Made by a program: the position numbers and the translations under genes. The notes under the pieces are model-generated. The model saw only the letters and a list, made by a program, of their open reading frames with translations. It had not been told where the DNA came from and ran no database searches. A DNA stretch of 64,000 nucleotides from contig CAWGWA010000011.1 in NCBI GenBank assembly GCA_963826105.1, positions 67,823-131,822 on the forward strand, in the 5' to 3' direction. The first letter of the stretch is position 1. Every line of letters starts with the position of its first letter. Of the stretch, positions 29,053 through 36,776 are shown piece after piece. This DNA comes from an uncultured Actinomycetes bacterium (GTDB taxonomy: Bacteria > Actinomycetota > CADDZG01 > WHSQ01).

Positions 29053-29727
29053 ATGACCGCCCCGAGCGACCGCACCACCCTGCGACGCATCCCCGAGAAG
29101 GGTGTCTTCGAGCGCGAGGTGATCGACGCGATCCTCGACGAGGCCCTTTATTGCCACCTGGGTTTCATCTACGAGGGGGCGCCCTTCGTGATCCCAACGA
29201 TCCACGCCCGACACGAGGACACCGTCTTCGTCCACGGCTCGGCCGGGAGCCGGATGCTCAAGCACCTCCGCAGGGGCTTCGAGGCGTGCCTCACGGTCAC
29301 GATCCTCGACGGCCTCGTTCTGGCTCGATCGGTGTTCGAGCACTCGATGAACTACCGCTCGGTCATGGTCCTCGGTCCTGCCTATGAGGTCACCGATCGG
29401 GACGAGAAGATGGTGGCGCTCGAAGCCGTCTCCGATCACGTTGCCCCCGGGCGCTGGCGGGATGCTCGCGGCCCCACCAAAGTGGAGCTAGAAAAGACCC
29501 GAGTGATCGCGATGTCCCTCGATGAAGCCTCGGCCAAGGTCAGCACCGGTCCCCCCGAGGACAACGAGGAGGACTACGCCCTCGATGTTTGGGCGGGTGT
29601 GATCCCGGTCGAACTCGTCCCCGGCGGCCTCGTCCCCGATCCGCGACTATCCCCCGGGATCCAGCCTCCGCCCGAACTGGTCGAGTACGCCGATCCCACC
29701 GGAGACTTCCGCTCCCGGCCATCCTGA
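29053..29727 (+). CDS. pyridoxamine 5'-phosphate oxidase family (FMN-binding split barrel) protein
   Basis: RRIPEKGVFEREVIDAILDEALYCHLGFIYEGAPFVIPTIHARHEDTVFVHGS. I prefer the ATG at 29053 within ORF 28996..29727. Confidence 0.7.
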   Translation: MTAPSDRTTLRRIPEKGVFEREVIDAILDEALYCHLGFIYEGAPFVIPTIHARHEDTVFVHGSAGSRMLKHLRRGFEACLTVTILDGLVLARSVFEHSMNYRSVMVLGPAYEVTDRDEKMVALEAVSDHVAPGRWRDARGPTKVELEKTRVIAMSLDEASAKVSTGPPEDNEEDYALDVWAGVIPVELVPGGLVPDPRLSPGIQPPPELVEYADPTGDFRSRPS

Positions 29728-29747
29728 GGAACGCTTAAGGTCGGCAC

Positions 29748-30653
29748 ATGGACGTGATGCGGACGCCGGACGAACGGTTCGAGGGTCTCTCGGGTTTCCC
29801 GTTCGCTCCGAACTACATCGAGGTGACCTCGGGAAACAGCGGTTCGCTACGCATGCATTACATCGACGAAGGCTCGGGGCCGGTGGTTCTGCTCCTCCAC
29901 GGCGAACCGTCGTGGAGCTACCTCTACCGAAAGATGATCCCGCCGCTCGTCGATGCAGGCCTGCGCGCGGTAGCCCCCGACCTGATCGGGTTCGGACGCT
30001 CCGACAAACCGGCGGCCCGCACCGACTACACCTTCCAGCGCCATGTCGACTGGATACGCAGCTTCGTCGAGGCGCTCGATCTCAAGGACATCACTCTTTT
30101 CGGTCAGGACTGGGGTGGGCTGATCGGTCTGCGATTGGTCGCCGAAGAGACCGACCGCTTCGCGCGCGTGGTTGCGGCCAACACATTCCTTCCAACCGGC
30201 GATCAGCCGATGCCCGAAGCGTTCCACAACTGGAGGAAGTTCGTGCAGGAGGTCGAGGCGTTCGACATCGGCCGATCGGTACAACGAGGATGCGTGGGTG
30301 AGCTTCCTCCGGAAGTAGTCAGCGCCTACAGCGCGCCATTCCCGGATGAGAGCTACAAGGAAGGTGCCCGGCAGTTCCCCACACTGGTGCCTGCGAATCC
30401 CGACGATCCGGCAACTCCCGCCAACCGAGCCGCGTGGGAGGTGCTATCGCGCTTCGAGAAACCGTTCCTCACCGCGTTCGGTGATTCGGATCCGATCACC
30501 AGGGGTGGGGACATGCTCATGCAGGCCATCATCCCCGGCGCGGCGAACCAGCCCCACAGGACACTCGAACGTTGCGGTCATTTCATCCAGGAAGACCGGG
30601 GCGAAGAGATCGCCGGGATAATCATCGACTTCGTAGAAAGGACGTCGCCGTGA
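29748..30653 (+). CDS. haloalkane dehalogenase-type alpha/beta hydrolase
   Basis: RMHYIDEGSGPVVLLLHGEPSWSYLYRKMIP...FGRSDKP...LFGQDWGGLIGL (Asp nucleophile) ...GHFIQED. Confidence 0.8.
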   Translation: MDVMRTPDERFEGLSGFPFAPNYIEVTSGNSGSLRMHYIDEGSGPVVLLLHGEPSWSYLYRKMIPPLVDAGLRAVAPDLIGFGRSDKPAARTDYTFQRHVDWIRSFVEALDLKDITLFGQDWGGLIGLRLVAEETDRFARVVAANTFLPTGDQPMPEAFHNWRKFVQEVEAFDIGRSVQRGCVGELPPEVVSAYSAPFPDESYKEGARQFPTLVPANPDDPATPANRAAWEVLSRFEKPFLTAFGDSDPITRGGDMLMQAIIPGAANQPHRTLERCGHFIQEDRGEEIAGIIIDFVERTSP

Positions 30654-30655
30654 CC

Positions 30656-31087
30656 ATGGACCCCGCTCAGATCGGACCCGAAGAATTCGCTCAACTCGTC
30701 AAGACCGCTCCGGATGACCAGATCGAGGAAGTCATCCACTCGGTGGGGACCGAGAAGACCCTTACCCGGATCTTCGAGGGCTTCGAAGAGCGCTTCGTTC
30801 CGGCCAAGGCCGAGGGCGTCTCCGCGGACATCCTGTTCGTGATCAAGGACGACAAGGAGGAGCACCCCTACGTCGTCTCGATCAAGGACGGGACCTGCAC
30901 CACCCGCCGTGAGCAGATCTCCGATCCGAAGACCACGCTGTCGCTGAAACTGCTTCCGTTCGTGAAGCTCGTAACCGGTCAGGCCGACGGCATGAAGCTG
31001 TTCATGACCCGCAAGCTCAAGATCTCGGGCGATCTCATGTTCGCCCAACGGGTGATGACGTTCTTCGACCGCCCCAGCGCCGACTAG
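30656..31087 (+). CDS. SCP2 sterol-binding domain protein
   Basis: ATG 30656 lies just after the dehalogenase stop. C-terminal KLLPFVKLVTGQADGMKLFMTRKLKISGDLMFAQRV is the SCP2 signature. Confidence 0.7.
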   Translation: MDPAQIGPEEFAQLVKTAPDDQIEEVIHSVGTEKTLTRIFEGFEERFVPAKAEGVSADILFVIKDDKEEHPYVVSIKDGTCTTRREQISDPKTTLSLKLLPFVKLVTGQADGMKLFMTRKLKISGDLMFAQRVMTFFDRPSAD

Positions 31088-31302
31088 ACCCGACTAGAGA
31101 TACCAACCTCTCAAGCAGGGGCCCCGGCGGACCACGTAGTACCCAGCGTCGGGGGACGGGAATCGTGGCATCACTCCGCCATTCGGCGCAGTGAGAATAA
31201 GACGTCTGGGGTCCTGGAATGAGACTCCCGGAGGATGAATGTGCCAAGGCCCGCAAGCAAGATGAGGTCGTTCTGGAACTCAGCATCCCCTAGGGAGGAA
31301 AC

Positions 31303-31389
31303 GTGACGTTCGAGGCGCCCCGCGTGATCGACTTCGGCTCTATCGCTCAGCACACCTTTGCCGGCGACAAAGGCAAGGACAAGTTCTGA
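31303..31389 (+). CDS. lasso-type RiPP precursor-like peptide (28 aa)
   Basis: GTG 31303 lies 4 nt after GGGAGGAA and encodes MTFEAPRVIDFGSIAQHTFAGDKGKDKF. Residues 3-19 match the lasso leader motif YxxPxLx3Gx5Tx at every conserved position (F,P,V,G,T). It is followed by a hairpin and a PqqD gene. The ORF is too short for the ORF track. Confidence 0.55.
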   Translation: MTFEAPRVIDFGSIAQHTFAGDKGKDKF

Positions 31390-31390
31390 T

Positions 31391-31413
31391 GGCAGGGCTT
31401 TTCCTAGCCCGCC
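31391..31413 (+). promoter_or_regulatory. intercistronic stem-loop after the precursor ORF
   Basis: GGC(A)GGGC-TTTTCCTA-GCCCGCC forms a 7-bp stem with one bulge, starting 2 nt after the TGA. There is no U-tract. This fits the attenuator or mRNA-stabiliser hairpins often found after RiPP precursor genes. Confidence 0.4.
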
Positions 31414-31468
31414 AACGGCATCCCGCCACTTCGGCGAAACGGTCGCGCTGTCTACTAGGGGAGGATGG

Positions 31469-31753
31469 ATGAACGAGGTCTACGTACACGCTCCACGGGT
31501 CGTTTTCCGTAGCCTGAAAGAGGGAGAGGGCGGCGTCCTTCTCCACATGGGCACGGGTCAGTACCACGGCGTCAACGAGACCGGTGCATACCTGTGGGAG
31601 AAGCTCGACGGCGCCCGCACCCTCGAGAACATCGCCGCCGACGTCACCAAGGACTTCACCGACCCGCCCAAGGGTCTCGAGACCTTGATCAAGGACTTCT
31701 TCTCCGACCTCGCCGAGCGTGAGCTCGTCGTTGCGGAGACCGTCGACGCCTAG
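31469..31753 (+). CDS. PqqD-family protein (RiPP recognition element / lasso B1-like)
   Basis: 94 aa from ATG 31469, with GGGGAGGA upstream. GGVLLHMGTGQYHGVNETGAYLWEKLDGARTLENIAADVTKDF...IKDFFSDLAERELV is the PqqD-family pattern. Confidence 0.75.
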   Translation: MNEVYVHAPRVVFRSLKEGEGGVLLHMGTGQYHGVNETGAYLWEKLDGARTLENIAADVTKDFTDPPKGLETLIKDFFSDLAERELVVAETVDA

Positions 31754-31777
31754 GGCATCGAGCGCGACGCTAGAACG

Positions 31778-32686
31778 GTGAACTCACTTGGGACCTGTTA
31801 CGGCTACGACGTCCATTCCACGATGGAGTTGTCGTACCTGCGCGGGGGAAAGGGCGATCGTCTGCACGTCTCCGTGGTCGACGTCGATCACCCGGTGCCG
31901 GACGAGGAGCCGCTACTTGAGTGGCTCCCCACCGAACACCCCTTCGGCGCGGCCCTCTGGAAACTTCCCACCGGCCTCTGGCAACTATGGGTCGATGGCG
32001 TCGGTTGGTTCCGGATCGATCCCCAAGGCCTCCGCATCGAGGTCCCGGTTTCGACCGATCTAGTAAGGCTGGAAGAGCGGATCTGGGGTATCCCCACGCT
32101 GCTTTGTTTCCTGGAACGCGGCGACCTGCCGCTTCACGCGGCCGCGGTCGAGATCGACGGCAAGGCCGTCGTCCTGGCGGCACCGGGGCACGCCGGCAAG
32201 ACCACCCTCGCGGGGGCCTGCGCCACCGCCGGCTTCCGGGTGTTGAGCGAGGACCTCACCTGCATCCGATTCAACGACGGGCACCCCTCGATCATCCCGG
32301 GTCCCGCGATGATCCGGTTGCGCGAAGACGTCTCCTCGCACGTGAAGGTTCCCGGCAACGTCCTCGGCACCAGCGAAGGCCGCGTCCACATCGGACTCGA
32401 CACCGCTAACCGTGGCACTTGCGAACCAGTGCCGCTCGCAGCCGTCTACCTCCTCAACAAGACATCAGAGGGGATCGCCATCGAGCCGCACTCCCCCGTC
32501 GATGCCCTGTCCGATCTCTGGGGGTTGTCGTTCCGTGTGCCGACCGACGAAGACCGTACGAGGTGTTTCAACGGGGTCGTCGACCTCGTGAGTGCGGTTC
32601 CCGTTTACGACCTCTATCGTCCGCTGACCTACGGGACGCTCCCGCAGGTGGTCAGAGCACTTGAAGGCTCGGTGCTCCATGGTTGA
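31778..32686 (+). CDS. HPr kinase-like (HprK-related) serine kinase-family protein
   Basis: 302 aa. LPLHAAAVEIDGKAVVLAAPGHAGKTTLAGACATAGFRVLSEDLTCI resembles the P-loop core of the HPr kinase C-terminal domain and of the HprK-related kinases found in peptide-modification loci. Confidence 0.7.
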   Translation: MNSLGTCYGYDVHSTMELSYLRGGKGDRLHVSVVDVDHPVPDEEPLLEWLPTEHPFGAALWKLPTGLWQLWVDGVGWFRIDPQGLRIEVPVSTDLVRLEERIWGIPTLLCFLERGDLPLHAAAVEIDGKAVVLAAPGHAGKTTLAGACATAGFRVLSEDLTCIRFNDGHPSIIPGPAMIRLREDVSSHVKVPGNVLGTSEGRVHIGLDTANRGTCEPVPLAAVYLLNKTSEGIAIEPHSPVDALSDLWGLSFRVPTDEDRTRCFNGVVDLVSAVPVYDLYRPLTYGTLPQVVRALEGSVLHG

Positions 32687-32827
32687 GATCAAGGTCGCGA
32701 CGTTGTCACGGTTCCAGAAGATTGCACTCGCCGCGCGCATCCAGATCCTCGGTGCGAACGACGACGCTGCGTGGTGCAGTCGCTCGTCCTTCATCGCCTC
32801 CTCGCGGCGCAGGGAGACCGCCGGTAG

Positions 32828-33031
32828 CTAGTGGTGATGGGTCGCTTCTACGACCGCTCCTAGCTTCTCGCTCCAGGTGTTGTGTCCGTGGATCAAGGTG
32901 TGGATCAAGTCATCGACGACCTCATGGTCTGACGTGGGATCGGCGGCCGCCGTCAACCACGCATCGACCGACTTCTGATAGTCGCCCCAGGCCCCCTTCA
33001 GGTCGTTCCAATCGACTGACTCGGCCATCAT
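32828..33031 (-). CDS. small acidic hypothetical protein (66-67 aa, C-terminal THHH)
   Basis: Strong SD GAAGGAGGA lies directly upstream of the tandem ATG ATG. Helical, acidic composition. No family recognised. Confidence 0.45.
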   Translation of the reverse strand: MMAESVDWNDLKGAWGDYQKSVDAWLTAAADPTSDHEVVDDLIHTLIHGHNTWSEKLGAVVEATHHH

Positions 33032-33164
33032 TCCTCCTTCGCGGCCCGTGGGCCGATCATCTGAACCGTCAATTATCGTTCCCTGAGCCTGCCATGCCCG
33101 GGAGTACGTCTACGAGGCCACCGAAGGAGAGCGGATCAGCAAGCCGATCGAGGACTATGCGCTC

Positions 33165-34961
33165 GTGGGCGATACGCACACGGCTGCCCTCATTGCGCGC
33201 GATGGCTCGGTCGATTGGCTGTGTCTGCCCCGTTTCGACTCGCCGGCGATCTTCGCGGCGCTCCTGGACACCGAGGATGCGGGGCACTGGTCGATCACCG
33301 TCGTCGATCAGGTCGGCGAGCCGACGCGCTCATACACCGAGGGCACTCTCATCCTCGAGACCACGCTCAGAGGGCCGTCAGGGGCCGTCACAGTCACGGA
33401 TCTCATGCCGCTCGAACGCACTCTTGATGTCGACGACCCGACGCCGATCCGGTCCGACAACGCATTCCTTCGCCTCGTGCGCTGCGACGAAGGAACCGTA
33501 GATCTCGAGATGACGTTCTCGCCCCGATTCGGCTACGGGCGCGATGAACCGACGCTCGAGCAACGAGGCGGTGAGCTGCGGGCCGAGGTTAAGGACCTGT
33601 CGGTGAGCCTGCGAAGCGAGATCGACCTCGAGGTCGACGGCGGAACCGCTCGCGGTGCCTTCAGCCTCGCGGTCGATGAAAGAAGAGCTTTCGTCCTCCA
33701 AGTCAACGGCGACCAAGGGATCGGACGACTGCTCCCGGAAGATGTCGAACCGGCGATCGAAACGAGCACGAAGTTCTGGCGTTCATGGCTAGGTCGCTGT
33801 ACCTACGGAGGGATGTGGGCGGCAGAAGTGCGGACCAGCCTCCTCACGCTCAAGGGACTCACCTACTCGCCCACGGGAGGGATCGTCGCGGCGCCGACCA
33901 CTTCCCTTCCGGAAGACCTCGGAGGCGTAAGGAACTGGGACTACCGTTTCTGCTGGCTGCGCGATGCGACGTTCACGCTCGACGTCCTGTTGGAGTACGG
34001 ATTCACCGGCGAGGCGGTCGAGTGGCGCAACTGGCTCCTCGGAGCCATCCGCGACAACGGGGGCAAGTTGCAGCCGCTGTTCGACGTGAGAGGCGGAACC
34101 TTGCTCCCCGAGCAGGAGATCGATTGGCTCAAGGGCTACGAGAACTCCAAACCGGTGAGGATCGGTAACGCCGCCAGCGAGCAGTTCCAGCTCGACATCT
34201 ACGGCGAGATACTCGACGCGATGCACTCAGCTCGTCGTGCCGGTCTCCGGACCGCCCCCGACGAGTGGGAGATGGAGCGGAAACTCATCGGGCTGGTGCT
34301 CGAGCGGTGGATGGAACCCGATGCCGGCATCTGGGAGGTCCGTGGTCCACAGCACAACTTCGTTCACTCCAAGGTCATGGCCTGGGTTGCGCTCGATCGT
34401 GGGATCAAGGCGGTCGAGGTGTTCGGCCTCCCCGGAGATACCAAGCAGTGGCACGATGCCCGCACCGTGATCAGGAACGACATCCTTGCCAACGGCGTCG
34501 ATGAAGCACGGGGGACATTCAAGAGATCGTACGAAGACGCGGGGCTCGACGCCTCGCTTCTGATGCTGCCGATGGTCGGGTTCGTTGACGCGAACGACGA
34601 CACGATGCGGAACACGATCGATGCGATCGAAGCGGATCTCGTTCGAGATGGGTTCGTCATGCGGTACCTGAGTCCCGATGGACTTCCCGGCGACGAGGGG
34701 ACGTTCCTGTTGTGCACCTGCTGGCTCGTCGACAACCTCGTGATGGTCGAAAGAGAAGACGATGCCCGCGTCTACCTCGATCGCGTCCTCGGGGTTACCA
34801 ACGACCTCGGACTGCTCGCCGAGATGTACGACGTCCGAGCCGGACGACTCGTCGGTAACTTCCCCCAAGCCTTCTCTCACATCGCGGTGGCGGCCGCGGC
34901 GATGGCGTTCGAGAGCCACGGACAGACCCCGACGATCCACCGGGAGTCGCAATGGAAGTGA
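33165..34961 (+). CDS. glycoside hydrolase family 15 (glucoamylase/trehalase-like)
   Basis: GDTHTAALIARDGSVDWLCLPRFDSPAIFAALL...RNWDYRFCWLRDATF...CTCWLV. The conserved PIEDYALVGD begins upstream of the tracked GTG. ATG 33094 (MPG) is out of frame by -1 in the C/G run at about 33097-33102, so the true 5' end is probably 33094 with an indel. Confidence 0.85.
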   Translation: MGDTHTAALIARDGSVDWLCLPRFDSPAIFAALLDTEDAGHWSITVVDQVGEPTRSYTEGTLILETTLRGPSGAVTVTDLMPLERTLDVDDPTPIRSDNAFLRLVRCDEGTVDLEMTFSPRFGYGRDEPTLEQRGGELRAEVKDLSVSLRSEIDLEVDGGTARGAFSLAVDERRAFVLQVNGDQGIGRLLPEDVEPAIETSTKFWRSWLGRCTYGGMWAAEVRTSLLTLKGLTYSPTGGIVAAPTTSLPEDLGGVRNWDYRFCWLRDATFTLDVLLEYGFTGEAVEWRNWLLGAIRDNGGKLQPLFDVRGGTLLPEQEIDWLKGYENSKPVRIGNAASEQFQLDIYGEILDAMHSARRAGLRTAPDEWEMERKLIGLVLERWMEPDAGIWEVRGPQHNFVHSKVMAWVALDRGIKAVEVFGLPGDTKQWHDARTVIRNDILANGVDEARGTFKRSYEDAGLDASLLMLPMVGFVDANDDTMRNTIDAIEADLVRDGFVMRYLSPDGLPGDEGTFLLCTCWLVDNLVMVEREDDARVYLDRVLGVTNDLGLLAEMYDVRAGRLVGNFPQAFSHIAVAAAAMAFESHGQTPTIHRESQWK

Positions 34962-35818
34962 TCCTCGGGCTCGGTGCGGCCATCGCCTACGGAGCCGGCG
35001 ACTTCGCGGGCGGACTTGTCTCGCGCCGGACGAACGTCCTCGTCGTAGTGGGGTTGTCACAGGTCATCGGGACCTCCACGTTGATCCCATTCCTTTTCCT
35101 CGTTGGCGGCGAGCTCACTGCTTCGGCGATGGGATGGGGAGCGCTCAGCGGGATGGCCGGAGGGATCGGCGTGATCCTCTTGTACACCGGCCTGGCCCGT
35201 GGACGGATGAGCGTGGTCGCCCCGGTCACCGCGGTGCTGGCCGCGATCGTTCCCGTCGGGTTCGGCTTGTTCGGGGGCGAGAGGCCGACGATCTTGGCGC
35301 TCGCCGGGGTAGTCGTCGCGCTCGGCGCAGTCGGCCTCGTGTCAGCGGCTCCCGATCCCGGAGCGCCCGGGGGCGGCGCAGGTACCGACGATCCGACCGC
35401 TCGGAAGGAACGCTCCGGGATCATCGAGGCCCTCGGAGCAGGCGTTGGCTTCGGATTCTTCTTCGTGCTCCTGGCCGAAGCCGGATCCGATTCAGGGCTC
35501 TATCCGATCCTGTTCGCTCGGGTCGGCTCCCTTGCCCTCGTGGGGACGATCATCCTGTTCACACGTCCGGCCGTCACAGGACTGCGCGAGTCGCGCGCCG
35601 GCATCATCGTCGCCGGGGTCCTCGATGTGGCCGCCAACGTGCTCTATCTGCTGGCAACGCGTCAGGGGCTCCTCTCGCTCGTAGCGGTGCTGACCTCTAT
35701 GTATCCCGCCACCACCGTCCTTCTGGCTCGAACCGTGCTCCACGAGCGCTTCGCCCGGGCCCAGACCGTGGGCTTGATCCTCGCCGCGGCCGCCGTGGCC
35801 CTCATCGCCACCGGCTGA
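34952..35818 (+). CDS. EamA/DMT-family transporter
   Basis: 288 aa with ten hydrophobic segments. N-terminus ILGLGAAIAYGAGDFAGGLVSRR. Overlaps the GH15 stop by 10 nt. Confidence 0.7.
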   Translation: MEVILGLGAAIAYGAGDFAGGLVSRRTNVLVVVGLSQVIGTSTLIPFLFLVGGELTASAMGWGALSGMAGGIGVILLYTGLARGRMSVVAPVTAVLAAIVPVGFGLFGGERPTILALAGVVVALGAVGLVSAAPDPGAPGGGAGTDDPTARKERSGIIEALGAGVGFGFFFVLLAEAGSDSGLYPILFARVGSLALVGTIILFTRPAVTGLRESRAGIIVAGVLDVAANVLYLLATRQGLLSLVAVLTSMYPATTVLLARTVLHERFARAQTVGLILAAAAVALIATG

Positions 35819-35851
35819 CAACGTTTCGGGGTCCTCGTGCGTCTGTGGAAT

Positions 35852-36763
35852 CTAGTCTTCCAGGAGCCGGTCGAGACGGGATCGCGCCGCGTCGAGCGAC
35901 TTGGCGCGACGACGCCATCCCTTCCACGGATCGTTCTCCGCGCGTTTGAGCGCGTCTTTGAATGAGTACTTGCGTGGATGGAAGCCTCTCGCGCCGACCT
36001 CTTTCCAATCGAGGGGGACCGCGACCGGAGCGCCCGGGAGGGGACGTACGGAGTACGGAGCGACGACGGTTGCGGCCGGAGCGTTGCGCATCCAGTCGAG
36101 AAACAGGCGGCCCTTGCGTTTGTCCTTGCGTCCCTCGATCGTCAGTTCCTCGGGATGCCTGCGTGCGAGCAGCTCCATCACGTCGCGAGCGAACGGCCTC
36201 GTCTCGTCGTAGGTGGTCCCTTTGACTGGAACCGTCAGATGCAGGCCGCTTGACCCACTCGTCTTGACGAACGGTACGAATCCGAGGTCCTCGAGCAACT
36301 CCCGGGTGAGCTTCGCCGCGTGCCTTACCTCCGAGAAATCGTCCGACGACGGGTCGAGATCGAAGACGATCTGATCGGGCGCGTTGAGATCGTCGACTGT
36401 GTTCAACGACATGTGCACGGTGATGGTCCCCTGGGTCGCGAGGTACGGGAGAACCGGTCCCGCGCCGACCACGTGATCGACCGTTCCTCCACCGCGTTTG
36501 CCGACTGTCTGGCGCTCGATCCAGTCGGGAAAGTGCTTCGACGCGTCTTTCTGGAAGAACATCTTTCCGGAGATCCCGTCGGGGAAGCGCTCCATCGTCA
36601 AAAGGCGATCGGCAACGTACGAGCCCATGGCCGGCGCGATATCTCGGTAGTACTCGAACAGATCGGTCTTGGTGAAGCCCTCCTTGGGCCACAGAACCTT
36701 GTCGGGGTTCGACAGGCCGATCGATCTGCGACCGACCTTCATCATGACCTTCTTGCTCGCCAT
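35852..36763 (-). CDS. standalone LigD-type NHEJ polymerase/primase domain protein
   Basis: LSNPDKVLWPKEGFTKTDLFEYY...FFQKDASKHFPDWI...IVFDLDPS...FVKTSGSSGLHLTVPV...DWMRN is diagnostic of the LigD Pol domain. No ligase or Ku gene is adjacent. Confidence 0.85.
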   Translation of the reverse strand: MASKKVMMKVGRRSIGLSNPDKVLWPKEGFTKTDLFEYYRDIAPAMGSYVADRLLTMERFPDGISGKMFFQKDASKHFPDWIERQTVGKRGGGTVDHVVGAGPVLPYLATQGTITVHMSLNTVDDLNAPDQIVFDLDPSSDDFSEVRHAAKLTRELLEDLGFVPFVKTSGSSGLHLTVPVKGTTYDETRPFARDVMELLARRHPEELTIEGRKDKRKGRLFLDWMRNAPAATVVAPYSVRPLPGAPVAVPLDWKEVGARGFHPRKYSFKDALKRAENDPWKGWRRRAKSLDAARSRLDRLLED

Positions 36764-36776
36764 CAGGTCCTCCGGT

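Noticed and set aside
31303-31389. A complete lasso peptide biosynthetic cluster
   Set aside because: I looked through all ORFs in the window for an Asn-synthetase-like cyclase (PP-loop SGGxDS with a glutaminase-like N-terminus) and a transglutaminase-like Cys protease. The only SGGIDS protein is ThiI, and no B2-like gene exists. The locus cannot be called a canonical lasso BGC.
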